From Verrucomicrobiota bacterium (GTDB lineage Bacteria; Verrucomicrobiota; Verrucomicrobiia; Limisphaerales; J093), in contig JBEKGJ010000002.1 in assembly GCA_050012855.1 (NCBI GenBank), forward strand, positions 24,842 to 88,841: DNA of 64,000 nt, read 5' to 3'. Of the stretch, positions 19,944 to 29,737 are shown piece by piece. Numbering within the stretch: the first letter of the stretch is position 1; each line of letters begins with the position of its first letter. Below the pieces are notes generated by a model. It did not search any database, was not told the origin of the DNA, and saw only the letters and a list, made by a program, of their open reading frames with translations. The position numbers were made by a program, and so were the translations under genes.

Positions 19944-21326
19944 CTACCGCTGCGTGATCGTCTGCCGATTGCCCGGATGGATCGGCGGCGCGGGATGGAA
20001 GTGCCACGCGCCCCGGTGAAACTCCCCGATCACCATCGGGGCGATGTTGTCCCAGCGGCCATCGAAAACCATGTGCCCGGTCACGCCGTCATACGTGTCG
20101 AGGCTGGCCAGGTAGTCGCGGACCCGCCAGCGATTCGGACCGGCGTGCTGGATCGCCTCGATCATCAGGCGGGCGCCATCGTAACCGTAGGCGGCGTAAA
20201 TGTCCGGCTTCTCGCCATAGCGTTTCTGATAACGCGCCACGAAATCCATCCAGGGTTTGTCGGTCCGGTTGGGGTCGAAGTAGTACGCAATGGTCGTGCC
20301 TTCCGCGGCGCTCCCCGCATTCTTGACGAAAGCGTCCTCCTCCAGCCGGTCAAAACCGAAGAACTGGGCCGTGATGCCCGCCTGGCGGAACTGCGCGGCG
20401 AACCGGCCGATGTCATCCGGCTGCCCGCAGAAGAAAATGGCATCCGCATCGGCGGCCTTGATCGCCTGGAGCTGCATGTGGATGTCGGTGTCGCCCGGCT
20501 TGAATAGCAGGTGCTGCACCGGCGGGTGACCGAGCCGGCGGATGTCGTTGACGAAGTGCATGACGCCGACGCGGCCGGGCCGGCTGCCTTCGCGGAAGAC
20601 GGCGATGCGCTGGCAGCCGCGCTCGCGAACCACCAGGTCCGCCAGGCGGAAGGATTGCTGCCGCTGATCCGGCAGGACGCGCGTCAACCAGGGAATCTGC
20701 GTCTCGGTGAGCGTCGGGTCGGTGTCCGACGTGTTGATCATGTAGGTTTCGATCTTGAGGGCCACGCGCAGGGCGACATGGGTGGCATCGCCGTCAATGG
20801 TGCCCAGGATGCCAAGCACGTCGTTGTCGGCGAATTCCACGGCGATGTTCGCCGCGCTGCCCCACTGGGGCGAGTCCTCGCGGTAAACGATTTCAAACGG
20901 CAGTTCGCCTGGTTTCCGGGCCGCGTCCGCCTCGGCGAAGGCCAGTTGCACGCCCTTTTTGGTCCGGGCGCCGCGCGCCTCCTCCGGACCGTAGGCGGCG
21001 GGACTCAGCAGGCCGACCTTGAGCGATTTGAGATTCGGCGGATCGGTGTAATCCTTGCCCGGCCCCCGGAAGGGCAGGCGCGTGGTCCAGTAACGGTAAT
21101 ACGGCTCGATCGAGTGGAACGGAATCATTTCCTCCGGCGTGTTGCCGTAGTAGGGATAACGGTCTTCGTTCGTGCTGGCGCTGCGCGGTTTGAGCTGCTG
21201 GAGTCCAGCCGGGGGTTTGTCCTCGAGGTTCGCCTGCGGGGGCGGTTCCTTTTCCTCATAACCGGCCCGGCCGACGGGCAGCGCCAGAAGGATCAACCAA
21301 AGTGCGGGGATAAGTTTCATGACCAC
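19944..21326 (-). CDS. Periplasmic substrate-binding protein (LivK/Peripla_BP_6-like)
   Basis: Signal peptide MVMKLIPALWLILLALPVGRA, then LKVGLLSPAAYGPEEARGARTKKGVQLAFAE...VLGILGTIDGDATHVALRVALKIETYMINTSDTDPTLT. Confidence 0.82.
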   Translation of the reverse strand: MVMKLIPALWLILLALPVGRAGYEEKEPPPQANLEDKPPAGLQQLKPRSASTNEDRYPYYGNTPEEMIPFHSIEPYYRYWTTRLPFRGPGKDYTDPPNLKSLKVGLLSPAAYGPEEARGARTKKGVQLAFAEADAARKPGELPFEIVYREDSPQWGSAANIAVEFADNDVLGILGTIDGDATHVALRVALKIETYMINTSDTDPTLTETQIPWLTRVLPDQRQQSFRLADLVVRERGCQRIAVFREGSRPGRVGVMHFVNDIRRLGHPPVQHLLFKPGDTDIHMQLQAIKAADADAIFFCGQPDDIGRFAAQFRQAGITAQFFGFDRLEEDAFVKNAGSAAEGTTIAYYFDPNRTDKPWMDFVARYQKRYGEKPDIYAAYGYDGARLMIEAIQHAGPNRWRVRDYLASLDTYDGVTGHMVFDGRWDNIAPMVIGEFHRGAWHFHPAPPIHPGNRQTITQR

Positions 21327-21329
21327 CTC

Positions 21330-21938
21330 CTATCGGACCAGGATCGCCAGCGCTTCAATTTCAACCAACAGATCGCTCCGGCACAGGCGGGCCTGGATGC
21401 CGGTGCTGGCGGGAAACGGGTTGAGGCCGAGCGCGCGGAAAAACTCGCAGCGGATGCGGTTGAACTCGGCGTAGTCACGCTCGATGTCGCGCAGGTAGCA
21501 CGTGGTGCGAACGACATCGTGCCAGGTGGCGTCTTCGCTTTCCAGGAGCGTGGTGATGTTCCGATAGGTCCGCCAGAGCTGGGCGCGGAAATCGCCCGGA
21601 TGGAGGGTCTCGCCGTTGTCGCCGATGCTCGCGGTGCCGCTGATAAGCAACTGCGTGACGCCGCCGGGCAGTTCGAGACGCAGCCCGCGCGGGAAGGCGC
21701 TTCCGTATTCCATGGCCTCGTTGAGGACGGAGGGCGCGCAGATGGCACGCTTGGTGACGACCGGCCGGTGCGTGGGCCGTCGTTGCAGAATGCCCGGTGG
21801 GGCGGCTTCGCACGGGGGCAGACCCAGCGTCCGGCGCTCGGCCTTCTCGGCCTCAGAGCAAGCGGCCGCGGGTTCGAGTTCGGAGTCGAGGGGGATGGTC
21901 AATGCGTTCATGGCTGCAAGTCTTTGGGTGGAGACCAA
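21330..21938 (-). CDS. RidA/YjgF/endoribonuclease L-PSP family protein with an N-terminal extension
   Basis: The C-terminal ~130 aa read LISGTASIGDNGETLHPGDFRAQLWRTYRNITTLL...TTCYLRDIERDYAEFNRIRCEFF...PASTGIQARLCRSDLLVEIEALA. Confidence 0.7.
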   Translation of the reverse strand: MVSTQRLAAMNALTIPLDSELEPAAACSEAEKAERRTLGLPPCEAAPPGILQRRPTHRPVVTKRAICAPSVLNEAMEYGSAFPRGLRLELPGGVTQLLISGTASIGDNGETLHPGDFRAQLWRTYRNITTLLESEDATWHDVVRTTCYLRDIERDYAEFNRIRCEFFRALGLNPFPASTGIQARLCRSDLLVEIEALAILVR

Positions 21939-21941
21939 GGT

Positions 21942-23093
21942 TCAGTGGGTATCGGCGACGGTGGCGGGTTTGGCATGGGGCGCGAACACGCCGTGGCTCA
22001 AGCCGTTCGAGGTGGCGAACCAGGCATCGTCGTCGTCCACGTAGATTCCCAGCACGAACGCATTCGGCAGTGCCGTGGTCATCGTTTTCTTCTCGACCGG
22101 CTGGTTGGGACGATGAACCTCCAGCAACCCCTCGCCCTGTTCGCCGACGAGGTAGTTGGCCCAGACCTCGCCGTCGGTGACGGACACGCCGCGATCGGTG
22201 CCGACCCAGCCGACATGGCGGTGCGGCCACACGAAATTCACGAAGTTGGAAGCCAGCGGTGACTTGGCGTCAACCCAGGTGCGCCAGCGGGCGCCGTCGT
22301 AGCGCGCGAGGCCGAAATATGTCGCCTGCCACAACACCCCGTCCTCCCAGGCCACCCACGCAGTGATGTCGTTGATTGGGCCGGAATCGGGCACCAGAAT
22401 GTATTGAAAATCGCCGTCCGGATCGCGGTATTCCTTGAAGGTGCCGAGTTTGGGGTCGTGTTCGACGATGCCACCGCCCCAGACCCCGATGTAGATGAAG
22501 TCACGCGCGCAGGCGACGGCATAACACCACGGCTCGTGCATGATGCTGTTGTTGTGATCGTAGATCTTCCAACTGCCCGTCTTGAGGTTCAGCGCCCCGA
22601 TACCCGCCGCCGTGGCGGCCCAGATGGTATTGTCCCGGATGCCCAAGCCATACACCACGTTGTTGGGGAGCCCGCTGCTGGTTTGCAGGTAACTGGTGAT
22701 TTTCCCGCCGCTCAGGCGGTTCAGGCCGCGCATGGTGCCCGCCCACAGGTCGCCCGTCTCCGGGTCCTCCACCAGGCACATCACCAGCTTGTGGCTGAGG
22801 CCGTCCTCGGGGCCGTAGCGATGGAAGGTGCCGTCGGCCTCGCGCACGAGCACCCCGTTGTAGGTGCCCACCCACAGCCGGCCGTCGCTGGCCTTCAGCA
22901 CGGCGTGGGCCTTGTGCGCCGGCAGGCCGTCTTTCTCGGTGTAGTTCTCGAACCGTTCGATCAACGGAAACGGCAGGTTGGCTTCCTTCTTGGGCGCGGC
23001 AGCTTCCGCGCCGCGGCCCTGCATCGCAAGCCCCATGGCAAACACCATCGCACCCAGAATGGTGCGCGTGCCGGGGGGAAGGGTTCGGTTCAT
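21942..23093 (-). CDS. Secreted two-component-regulator-propeller (Reg_prop)-like beta-propeller protein
   Basis: Signal peptide, then repeats of the type DGRLWVGTYNGVLV, GDLWAGTMRGLNRL, NTIWAATAAGIGALN and IYIGVWGGGIVEHD. Confidence 0.72.
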   Translation of the reverse strand: MNRTLPPGTRTILGAMVFAMGLAMQGRGAEAAAPKKEANLPFPLIERFENYTEKDGLPAHKAHAVLKASDGRLWVGTYNGVLVREADGTFHRYGPEDGLSHKLVMCLVEDPETGDLWAGTMRGLNRLSGGKITSYLQTSSGLPNNVVYGLGIRDNTIWAATAAGIGALNLKTGSWKIYDHNNSIMHEPWCYAVACARDFIYIGVWGGGIVEHDPKLGTFKEYRDPDGDFQYILVPDSGPINDITAWVAWEDGVLWQATYFGLARYDGARWRTWVDAKSPLASNFVNFVWPHRHVGWVGTDRGVSVTDGEVWANYLVGEQGEGLLEVHRPNQPVEKKTMTTALPNAFVLGIYVDDDDAWFATSNGLSHGVFAPHAKPATVADTH

Positions 23094-23112
23094 GGTGCCT
23101 CCTTGGGTTGGT

Positions 23113-25080
23113 TCAGAGGGTCTTCAGATACTCGATCAGATCGTTGAGCTGATGCTTGTTCCAGTAGCTGCTGACGCCGTGCAGGTCGTTGGTCTGATAA
23201 GTGGTCCAGATTTCCTCCAGCGTCCGGGCCCGACCGTCGTGCAGATACGGCGCGGTCTGGGCGATCCCGAGCAGGTGCGGCGTGTCGAACATTTCGTCCG
23301 GATTATCCGGACTTTGCGTGCCGACGGAACTCATCAAGCGGTCGGTGTAGAGCGGCGGCCGGTGGCAGTTTTGGCACTGGCGGGCGCGCGGGATCGGGGT
23401 CCCGTCCGGCTGCTCCGTGGCAAAGAACAACCGCCGGCCGCGCGCCTGCGCCGGGCTGAGCAGTTGGCGATGTTTGCGTTCCCACCGTGGCGGCGGCAGG
23501 TGCTTCAGATACGTGGTCAAGTCCTTTAAATCGGCCGGCGGAATCGGGTCGGTGCGCATGAGCACACGCGCGAAGCGCACGCCGCACTGCACTTCCAGGC
23601 TTGGATTCAGCCCGTTCCATTTGAACGGTTCCGTGCCCGCCACGCCCTGGAGTGACCGGTTGTCCAGAAAGTTGTCGCCGATGCCGTTGCCGTCGAAATC
23701 GTAGGCCAGGCCATCCACATGGCCGTCCGGATGGCAGGAGCGGCAGGAAAACTGCCGTTGGAACGTGTGGGAAGCCACCGTGAACACCCGCTCCCCGCGC
23801 CGGATTGGGTCCTCGGTCCCGCCGTCGCCCAGCACGATGCGGCCGGCGGGTTGCAGACTGGCGGTATCCACGACCAACACCGAGTCGTTCAACCGTTCGG
23901 CCACGAAGAGCGTCCGTCCATCCGGACTCAACGCGACCTGGCGCGGGTTGCGCGCCGTGGGGATGCGTGCCACCACATATTCGGCCGAGAGCGTCAAGTC
24001 CTCCACCGCTGTGCGCCGGGTTGACTCGTCCACCTGGGCCAGCCACGCCGCCAACCGGTTCAGATCCACCACCGACACCGTGTCGCTGCCCCCCGAGGCG
24101 ACAAAGGCCCGACGGCCCGCCGGGTCCACCGCGATCCCGGAAGGATCGGCGAAGTAGTCGTTGGCCTCGTCGAGCGGCACCTGGACGACGCGGCCCAGGC
24201 GGTCCGTCACCGCCAGGGCGCTGGACATCACCCAGCCATTGGCGACCTGGGTGATCGGGACGAGGTTCCGCACCTTGACCAGCGGAGCGAGTTCCCAGTC
24301 CCGACCCGGTACGCTCGCCACCGCTTCCGAGAGATGGGCCGAGGCGAGTTTGGCCCGCTTCAAAACACGTCCGGTGGCCGTGTAGATCAAGGTCAACTCG
24401 GCTTCCGACGCGGTCATGAAGTGGTCCGTCTGGGCGAGCCGGCTGACGACGAACGCGAGCTTGCCATCGCCCGAGATGGCAACCCCGTATGGCTCCCGCC
24501 CGGTCTGCGGCCGCGCCACTTCCGCGAGGGGCGACACCGACAGGACCGATGCGTCATCCGACATGGAGTTCGCAACCACCAGTCGCGGGCCGTCCTTGCT
24601 CTCGCACCACGCCAGCGCCACCGGGGCCGCGCCCACGCCGATGTTCGTCACCACCGTGAATTCCTTGGTGATCACCACCGCAACCTGGTCGTGGTCGCGG
24701 CAGGCGACGAACAGTCGTTCACCCCGGGGATCGAGCGCCAGCCCAAACGGTCCTCCGGGCACCGTCAGCCGCCGGGTGATGGCACGCGTGGCGGCGTCGG
24801 CCTCGACCACCTGGTTCACATCGTCAAGGGCGATAAATACATGCCGGCTGTCGGGCGCAACCACCAGCCCCGCCGGCGACGGATGGTGCGGGCGTGGCTG
24901 GGCCCAGGGCATCCGGTCCACGTCCACCAGGTGGCAATGGTTGCAGGTGACCAGGCGCATTTCCGGCCGGCCGGTCCAACGGCGGACATGCACCACGGAC
25001 CAGGCGTAACCGCCCGTGCCCACTCCCGCGCCGGCAATCAGCACAAGGGCGGAGACGATGGCGAGGCCTTTGGGTTTCAT
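23113..25080 (-). CDS. Beta-propeller (YVTN/lactonase-like) protein fused to a di-haem cytochrome c peroxidase-like domain
   Basis: The start ATG at 25080 gives MKPKGLAIVSALVLIAGAGV. There are three CxxCH motifs (CNHCH, CRSCH, CQNCH). The C-terminus ...FDTPHLLGIAQTAPYLHDGRARTLEEIW is CCP/MauG-like. Confidence 0.8.
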   Translation of the reverse strand: MKPKGLAIVSALVLIAGAGVGTGGYAWSVVHVRRWTGRPEMRLVTCNHCHLVDVDRMPWAQPRPHHPSPAGLVVAPDSRHVFIALDDVNQVVEADAATRAITRRLTVPGGPFGLALDPRGERLFVACRDHDQVAVVITKEFTVVTNIGVGAAPVALAWCESKDGPRLVVANSMSDDASVLSVSPLAEVARPQTGREPYGVAISGDGKLAFVVSRLAQTDHFMTASEAELTLIYTATGRVLKRAKLASAHLSEAVASVPGRDWELAPLVKVRNLVPITQVANGWVMSSALAVTDRLGRVVQVPLDEANDYFADPSGIAVDPAGRRAFVASGGSDTVSVVDLNRLAAWLAQVDESTRRTAVEDLTLSAEYVVARIPTARNPRQVALSPDGRTLFVAERLNDSVLVVDTASLQPAGRIVLGDGGTEDPIRRGERVFTVASHTFQRQFSCRSCHPDGHVDGLAYDFDGNGIGDNFLDNRSLQGVAGTEPFKWNGLNPSLEVQCGVRFARVLMRTDPIPPADLKDLTTYLKHLPPPRWERKHRQLLSPAQARGRRLFFATEQPDGTPIPRARQCQNCHRPPLYTDRLMSSVGTQSPDNPDEMFDTPHLLGIAQTAPYLHDGRARTLEEIWTTYQTNDLHGVSSYWNKHQLNDLIEYLKTL

Positions 25081-25081
25081 A

Positions 25082-26530
25082 TTACCGACTTGCCTGCCTG
25101 GTCGCCGCCGCCGGGATTTCCAGGCGGGTGGCCGGCTGACTGGCCGCCAGCGGCCGGATATTGCGCGGCGACCGGTTGTAGGGCTGGTGGCAGCCAATGC
25201 AACTGCGGTTCTCGCCCGGCCGCACCCACACCGCGGGCGGCAGCCGCCGCACGACCGCCCCCTGGGCGTCCAGCGCTTCAAAACCGAGCGGGACCTCCGG
25301 CGGCACCTCCGCCATGAATGAACCATCCGCCTGCAGGCCGACTTCACCCAGAACCCGCGTTTGCCCAGCCTTGACCTCGCCGATCACCCGGACTTTCTCC
25401 GCCTTCGCCGACCGGGCATCCGCCTGGCCCCAGCGGGTGAAGTTGGCGTCGAGGCAGAGGATCGTTCCAAACTTTGCTGCCGGCTTCATCGCGGAGACAT
25501 GGCCCATCGGCCGCGGGCGGGCCACGACGGGCGTGGCATCGAGATTGTTCCACGCCGGATCGAAAAAGACCGGCGCGCCCGGCACCGCGGCGTCAGGTCC
25601 CAGCCGGAACACGGCGAAGGCGCCTCGCATCGTGCGGCCCAGCAGGCCGCGCGTCTCCAGGCACGCCAGCAGCGTGCCATCCCGTTCGGGCTCGATGGAC
25701 TCGCAGCCGCCGACGGAAAACGAAAACAAGGTCGCCCGCGAAGCAAACGGCCGCGCCGTACGCACGACTTCCGCCCGGGCTTCGCCCGCGCGGTCATCCG
25801 CCGCCGCGACGAACGCCACCCGGCCGCCCAGTAGGGCGCGCGGACGGCGCACCTGTGGCGCGCCGTCGCGGTCGAGCGCGAAGGCCGTGAACTCGGTGCC
25901 GTCGTTGTTGATCGTGAAGAGGCCGAGTTCCGGCGGCGCGCTCCGGTTGGTCATCGGTCTGGCGCTGACGAAGAGGATGCGACCGTCGTCGAGCACCGTG
26001 GCTTCCACTGCGGCGGCGGTGCCGAAGGTCAGCCGGCGTGGCAGACCGCTGATCGGCTTGGCATGGAGTGCCGCGGGCCGGTCGGTCTTCCACGTCTCCC
26101 CCGCTTTCGGCACCGGCGAACTGAAGACCAGGTCGCCGTTGGCGATGATCGCCGGGTTCATCGCGCCGCCGGGCATGGCCGTCACCCCCTCGGGACGGCC
26201 GTTCTCGCCGGCCTGGTAGATTTGCCAGGAACTGTGCGCCTCCGCCTTGCCGGTGAAGAACACGCGCCGGCCGTCGGGCGCCACGATCGGCTCCCCGGCG
26301 GCGAGCAGGCCTTTCGACAGGAGGCGCACGTCGCTGGTGCGGAAAGGCGGAACCGCGAGGACCACGCGGCTGCCCGGCGGGTAGCGCAGGTCGAGGGCGT
26401 CCTGAGTCGGCGCGGCCGTGGCCGTAAGCGGGGTTTGGGAAAGGACCATGGCGCCGGGCGGTGTCGAGTGATGACAACCGCTGACGAGCAGCCACGCCAC
26501 CATCAGCGCCGCCCACGCTGGCGCGGACAT
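25082..26530 (-). CDS. Lipoprotein with a PD40-like propeller and a single C-terminal CxxCH motif
   Basis: The start ATG at 26530 gives MSAPAWAALMVAWLLVSGC (lipobox). CIGCH lies near the C-terminus. The stop is 1 nt from the downstream gene's start. Confidence 0.62.
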   Translation of the reverse strand: MSAPAWAALMVAWLLVSGCHHSTPPGAMVLSQTPLTATAAPTQDALDLRYPPGSRVVLAVPPFRTSDVRLLSKGLLAAGEPIVAPDGRRVFFTGKAEAHSSWQIYQAGENGRPEGVTAMPGGAMNPAIIANGDLVFSSPVPKAGETWKTDRPAALHAKPISGLPRRLTFGTAAAVEATVLDDGRILFVSARPMTNRSAPPELGLFTINNDGTEFTAFALDRDGAPQVRRPRALLGGRVAFVAAADDRAGEARAEVVRTARPFASRATLFSFSVGGCESIEPERDGTLLACLETRGLLGRTMRGAFAVFRLGPDAAVPGAPVFFDPAWNNLDATPVVARPRPMGHVSAMKPAAKFGTILCLDANFTRWGQADARSAKAEKVRVIGEVKAGQTRVLGEVGLQADGSFMAEVPPEVPLGFEALDAQGAVVRRLPPAVWVRPGENRSCIGCHQPYNRSPRNIRPLAASQPATRLEIPAAATRQASR

Positions 26531-26598
26531 CGGCCCGCCACATGGCCCGCCGCTCCGGCGCCGCCGCCGCGACGGCGGCCTCATGCTCGAACATCCCC

Positions 26599-28425
26599 TC
26601 ACGACTCCTTCACTTTCAGAATCTGATCCACCGGGATGTCGGTCAGCACTTGAACCGTGCCGCTGGGCCAGCGGATTTCAATCTTCTCTGCGGTTTTCGC
26701 GCCGCCGAGGCCGAAGTGGACGCGACGGTCGGACTGCCCGAGAAATGCCGTCATGCACCGGGCTTCGGCGTAGGTCTGGCGACCGCCGGCGGTCACGGTG
26801 ATTTTCGCGCCGAAACCGTCGCGGTTGCTCTTCGTGCCGACGAGGTCGAAGGCGAGCCAGTGGTTGCCGTTGGTGCAGCGGTTGTGAAGCAGGAAGGGAT
26901 GATCGCCGATGGCCGTCAGCAACACGTCCATCCGGCCGTCGTTGTCGTAATCAAGGAGGACGCTCGAGCGGGCCCGAAGCCGGGCGTTGAAGAACGCGCC
27001 GCCCTTCTCCCGCGCGTTGATGAAATTGCCCTCCCCGGTGTTTTCCAACAACAGGCTCTCCCAACCCACCAGGTGATGGGCGTCGCCGTTGGCCACGAAA
27101 ATGTCCAGGTTGCCGTCGTTGTCGAAATCGAGAAAATTGCTGCCCCAGCCGACGAACTCCGCGGTGATCTGGCCCACGCCCGAGGCAATCATGCGGTCGG
27201 TGAACATGCCGTTGGTCCCGCCCATGTAGAGTGAACCGTAGCCGAAGCGCGAAACAAGGATGTCCGGGATGAGGTCGTTGTTGCAATCGCCGACCGAGGC
27301 CGTCATGGAACCCGCGGCTTCCCCCAGGGCGTTGAAGGCTACCCCGATCTGCTGGGCCACGTCGTGGAAATGGCCCTTGCCGTCGTTCAGGAGCAGTACG
27401 TTCGGCGTGGCGTCGTTGCAAAAGTAGAGATCCTCGAAACCATCCTGATTGAAGTCGTAAGCGCACACGGACATGGCCCGGTGGCCGGGCACGCGGATGC
27501 CGGCCGCCTCGCTGACGTCCTCGAACGTGCCGTCGCCCTTGTTGTGGTAAAGGACGTTGAATTCCGGCTTGAAGGAGAGGGGGCCGGGATAGCCCTCGGG
27601 ATTGAAATACAGGTTGTAGTTCGGGTCGTAGGTGAGGTAGTTGGCGACCAGCAAATCCAGTTTGCCATCGTTGTCGTAGTCGAAGAACACCGCGCCGATC
27701 CCGGTGCCCGCGTGGGTCAGTCCGGCTTTTTCCGTCACGTCCTCGAACGTGCCGTTGCCCCGGTTGTGATAGAGAATGCAGCGGCCGACCGTGACGACGA
27801 GCAGGTCAGGGTAGCCGTCGTTATCGTAGTCGGCGGAAATTGCGGCCGTGGCATAACCGGCGCCGGCGACGCCCGCCTTGACCGTGACATCCTCGAAGCG
27901 TCCGCCGCCCAGGTTGTGATAGAGCCGGTTGGGCTGGCGTTTGGTGCCCGGCGGGTGGTGGGTCACGCCCTCGAGCGGGCCGCTGTTCACCAGGTAAATG
28001 TCCATCAAACCGTCCTGGTCGTAATCCAGAATCGCCGCGCCCGCGCCGTTCGATTCGAGGATGTTCGCAATGCGCGTATCGCAGAACTGCTGGACGAAAT
28101 TCGTGAGCCCGGCGGCGGCCGTGACGTCCTCGAACAGATCGTTCGTGCCGGCGGGAATCGGCGGCGTAACGGTCGCCGCCTCCGCGGTGTTGACCGGGTT
28201 GGCCGTGGATGGTCCGCTGGCTGCGGTGGTGTCTTGCTCGCGACGACATCCGGCCGACGCGAACGCCAAGAGCCCGGCCAGGCAGGCGCAGAGGGTGAAA
28301 CGGCGGGAACGGTTGGCTCGGATCGGGTGTTCCCCCACCTCCGGCTGTGCGCGGTGTTCGGTTTGAGGCAAGTGCGCCGGGCACTGCCCCTCGCCGCCTT
28401 CGATCGCTGGGCGTTGCTCAATCAT
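26599..28425 (-). CDS. CRTAC1-family protein (FG-GAP/VCBS repeats + ASPIC/UnbV domain)
   Basis: Repeats DYDNDGYPDLLVV, DYDNDGKLDLLVANY, DFNQDGFEDLYF, DFDNDGNLDIFVANG and DYDNDGRMDVLL. The C-terminal block is NRDGFGAKITVTAGGRQ...RVHFGLGG...IEIRWPSG. The start is uncertain (ATG 28425 or upstream). Confidence 0.88.
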   Translation of the reverse strand: MIEQRPAIEGGEGQCPAHLPQTEHRAQPEVGEHPIRANRSRRFTLCACLAGLLAFASAGCRREQDTTAASGPSTANPVNTAEAATVTPPIPAGTNDLFEDVTAAAGLTNFVQQFCDTRIANILESNGAGAAILDYDQDGLMDIYLVNSGPLEGVTHHPPGTKRQPNRLYHNLGGGRFEDVTVKAGVAGAGYATAAISADYDNDGYPDLLVVTVGRCILYHNRGNGTFEDVTEKAGLTHAGTGIGAVFFDYDNDGKLDLLVANYLTYDPNYNLYFNPEGYPGPLSFKPEFNVLYHNKGDGTFEDVSEAAGIRVPGHRAMSVCAYDFNQDGFEDLYFCNDATPNVLLLNDGKGHFHDVAQQIGVAFNALGEAAGSMTASVGDCNNDLIPDILVSRFGYGSLYMGGTNGMFTDRMIASGVGQITAEFVGWGSNFLDFDNDGNLDIFVANGDAHHLVGWESLLLENTGEGNFINAREKGGAFFNARLRARSSVLLDYDNDGRMDVLLTAIGDHPFLLHNRCTNGNHWLAFDLVGTKSNRDGFGAKITVTAGGRQTYAEARCMTAFLGQSDRRVHFGLGGAKTAEKIEIRWPSGTVQVLTDIPVDQILKVKES

Positions 28426-28987
28426 TGGGCTGGCAGCCAGACTAGCTTCAAACTGGGGCTGGACAAATCCCGCTGGGGCGAACTGGTCCCGGTGCGGGGC
28501 GAATGGCAGGAAGAGGGCGCTCAAGCGCCCATTTCATGGCCACCCCGCTGCGCCCCATACCGCCTTGACTGGCCGGCGTGTTGGTCAACGCCGTCGTGAT
28601 TTCGCGCCTTCACCCGGATGATTTGCCGCGAAGTTCTCTGACGCACTTCATCGCTTCACCGCCGCGCCGTCCGGTTTCAACACCAAGGCAAACACCAAGG
28701 TGACGCGGACGGTGAAACCCATCAGGGCGACGGCCGCGTTTCCCGCCAAACACGCCAACCACGCGAAAGTACAACTGTCGGGTGGTCCGCCGACCGCTGG
28801 GCGGCGGGGCCAAATGTCGCCGCCCGGCGATCCGCGACCGTGGCGGCTCTGGGCGGGAATCGGGGGCGCGCGGCCGTCCTTGGCGGCCGTCCTCGGCGTC
28901 CCGCCGAGGACTTGGGGAATCGTCCGGCGGGATCAACGATGGGCGCTGCGGCGACGGTGCCCGGACCCTGCCCACCTGGCGGCAGCC

Positions 28988-29016
28988 TTGACGCTGCCCG
29001 CGGCGTCCGGTAGGTT
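28988..29016 (+). promoter_or_regulatory. Candidate sigma70-type promoter for clpP
   Basis: TTGACG (28988-28993), 17-nt spacer, TAGGTT (29011-29016). AGGA sits 3 nt upstream of the clpP ATG at 29037. Confidence 0.35.
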
Positions 29017-29036
29017 GGCTCCCTGATTTTGCAGGA

Positions 29037-29681
29037 ATGAGCACGAACAACTTTCTTGTCCCGATGGTCGTCGAGCAGACCGGCCGGGGCGAACGCGGCT
29101 ATGACATCTACTCACGGCTGCTCGTGGACCGGATCATCTTCCTGGGGACGCCCGTGGACGACATGGTGTCGAACCTGATCATCGCGCAGCTCCTGTTTCT
29201 GCAGATGAGCGATCCCAAGAAGGACATCCATCTCTACATCAATTCGCCGGGCGGCAGCGTCACGGCGGGCCTCGCGATTTACGACACCATCCAGTTTCTC
29301 ACGTGCGACGTGAACACGTACTGTATTGGCCAGGCCGCCAGCATGGGCGCCGTCCTGCTGGCCGCCGGCACCAAGGGCAAACGCTACGCGCTGCCGAACG
29401 CCCGCATCATGATCCACCAGCCTTGGGGCGGTGTGCAGGGCCAGGCCACCGACATCAGCATCCAGGCCCGCGAAATCCTCCGGCTCAAGGACCGCCTCAA
29501 CGAAATCCTCGCCCACCATTGCGGCCAGACCCTCGAAGCCTTGACCAAGGACACCGATCGCGACCGGTTCATGTCGGCGGACGAGGCAAAGACTTACGGC
29601 CTGGTGGACGAAGTGGTGAAGTCGCGCCGGGAAATCCCCGCCCTCGCGAGTGCCGAAACCAAGCCGGCCGTCCTGCCATGA
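29037..29681 (+). CDS. clpP: ATP-dependent Clp protease proteolytic subunit
   Basis: [27 protein letters not shown] (catalytic Ser) and IMIHQPWGG (His). Confidence 0.97.
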   Translation: MSTNNFLVPMVVEQTGRGERGYDIYSRLLVDRIIFLGTPVDDMVSNLIIAQLLFLQMSDPKKDIHLYINSPGGSVTAGLAIYDTIQFLTCDVNTYCIGQAASMGAVLLAAGTKGKRYALPNARIMIHQPWGGVQGQATDISIQAREILRLKDRLNEILAHHCGQTLEALTKDTDRDRFMSADEAKTYGLVDEVVKSRREIPALASAETKPAVLP

Positions 29682-29737
29682 ACGCGCGATTGGCTTCGAC
29701 CTCCATCGGATGGTTTCGCCCCGTCTGATTTTCCCGT

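Noticed and set aside
28888-28910. Perfect 9-bp hairpin GTCCTCGGC-gtccc-GCCGAGGAC upstream of clpP, and the minus ORF 28610..29050.
   Set aside because: The hairpin has no flanking T-run and no gene ends next to it. The ORF is Arg/Pro-rich with no motif. I left the 28525-28987 spacer unannotated.
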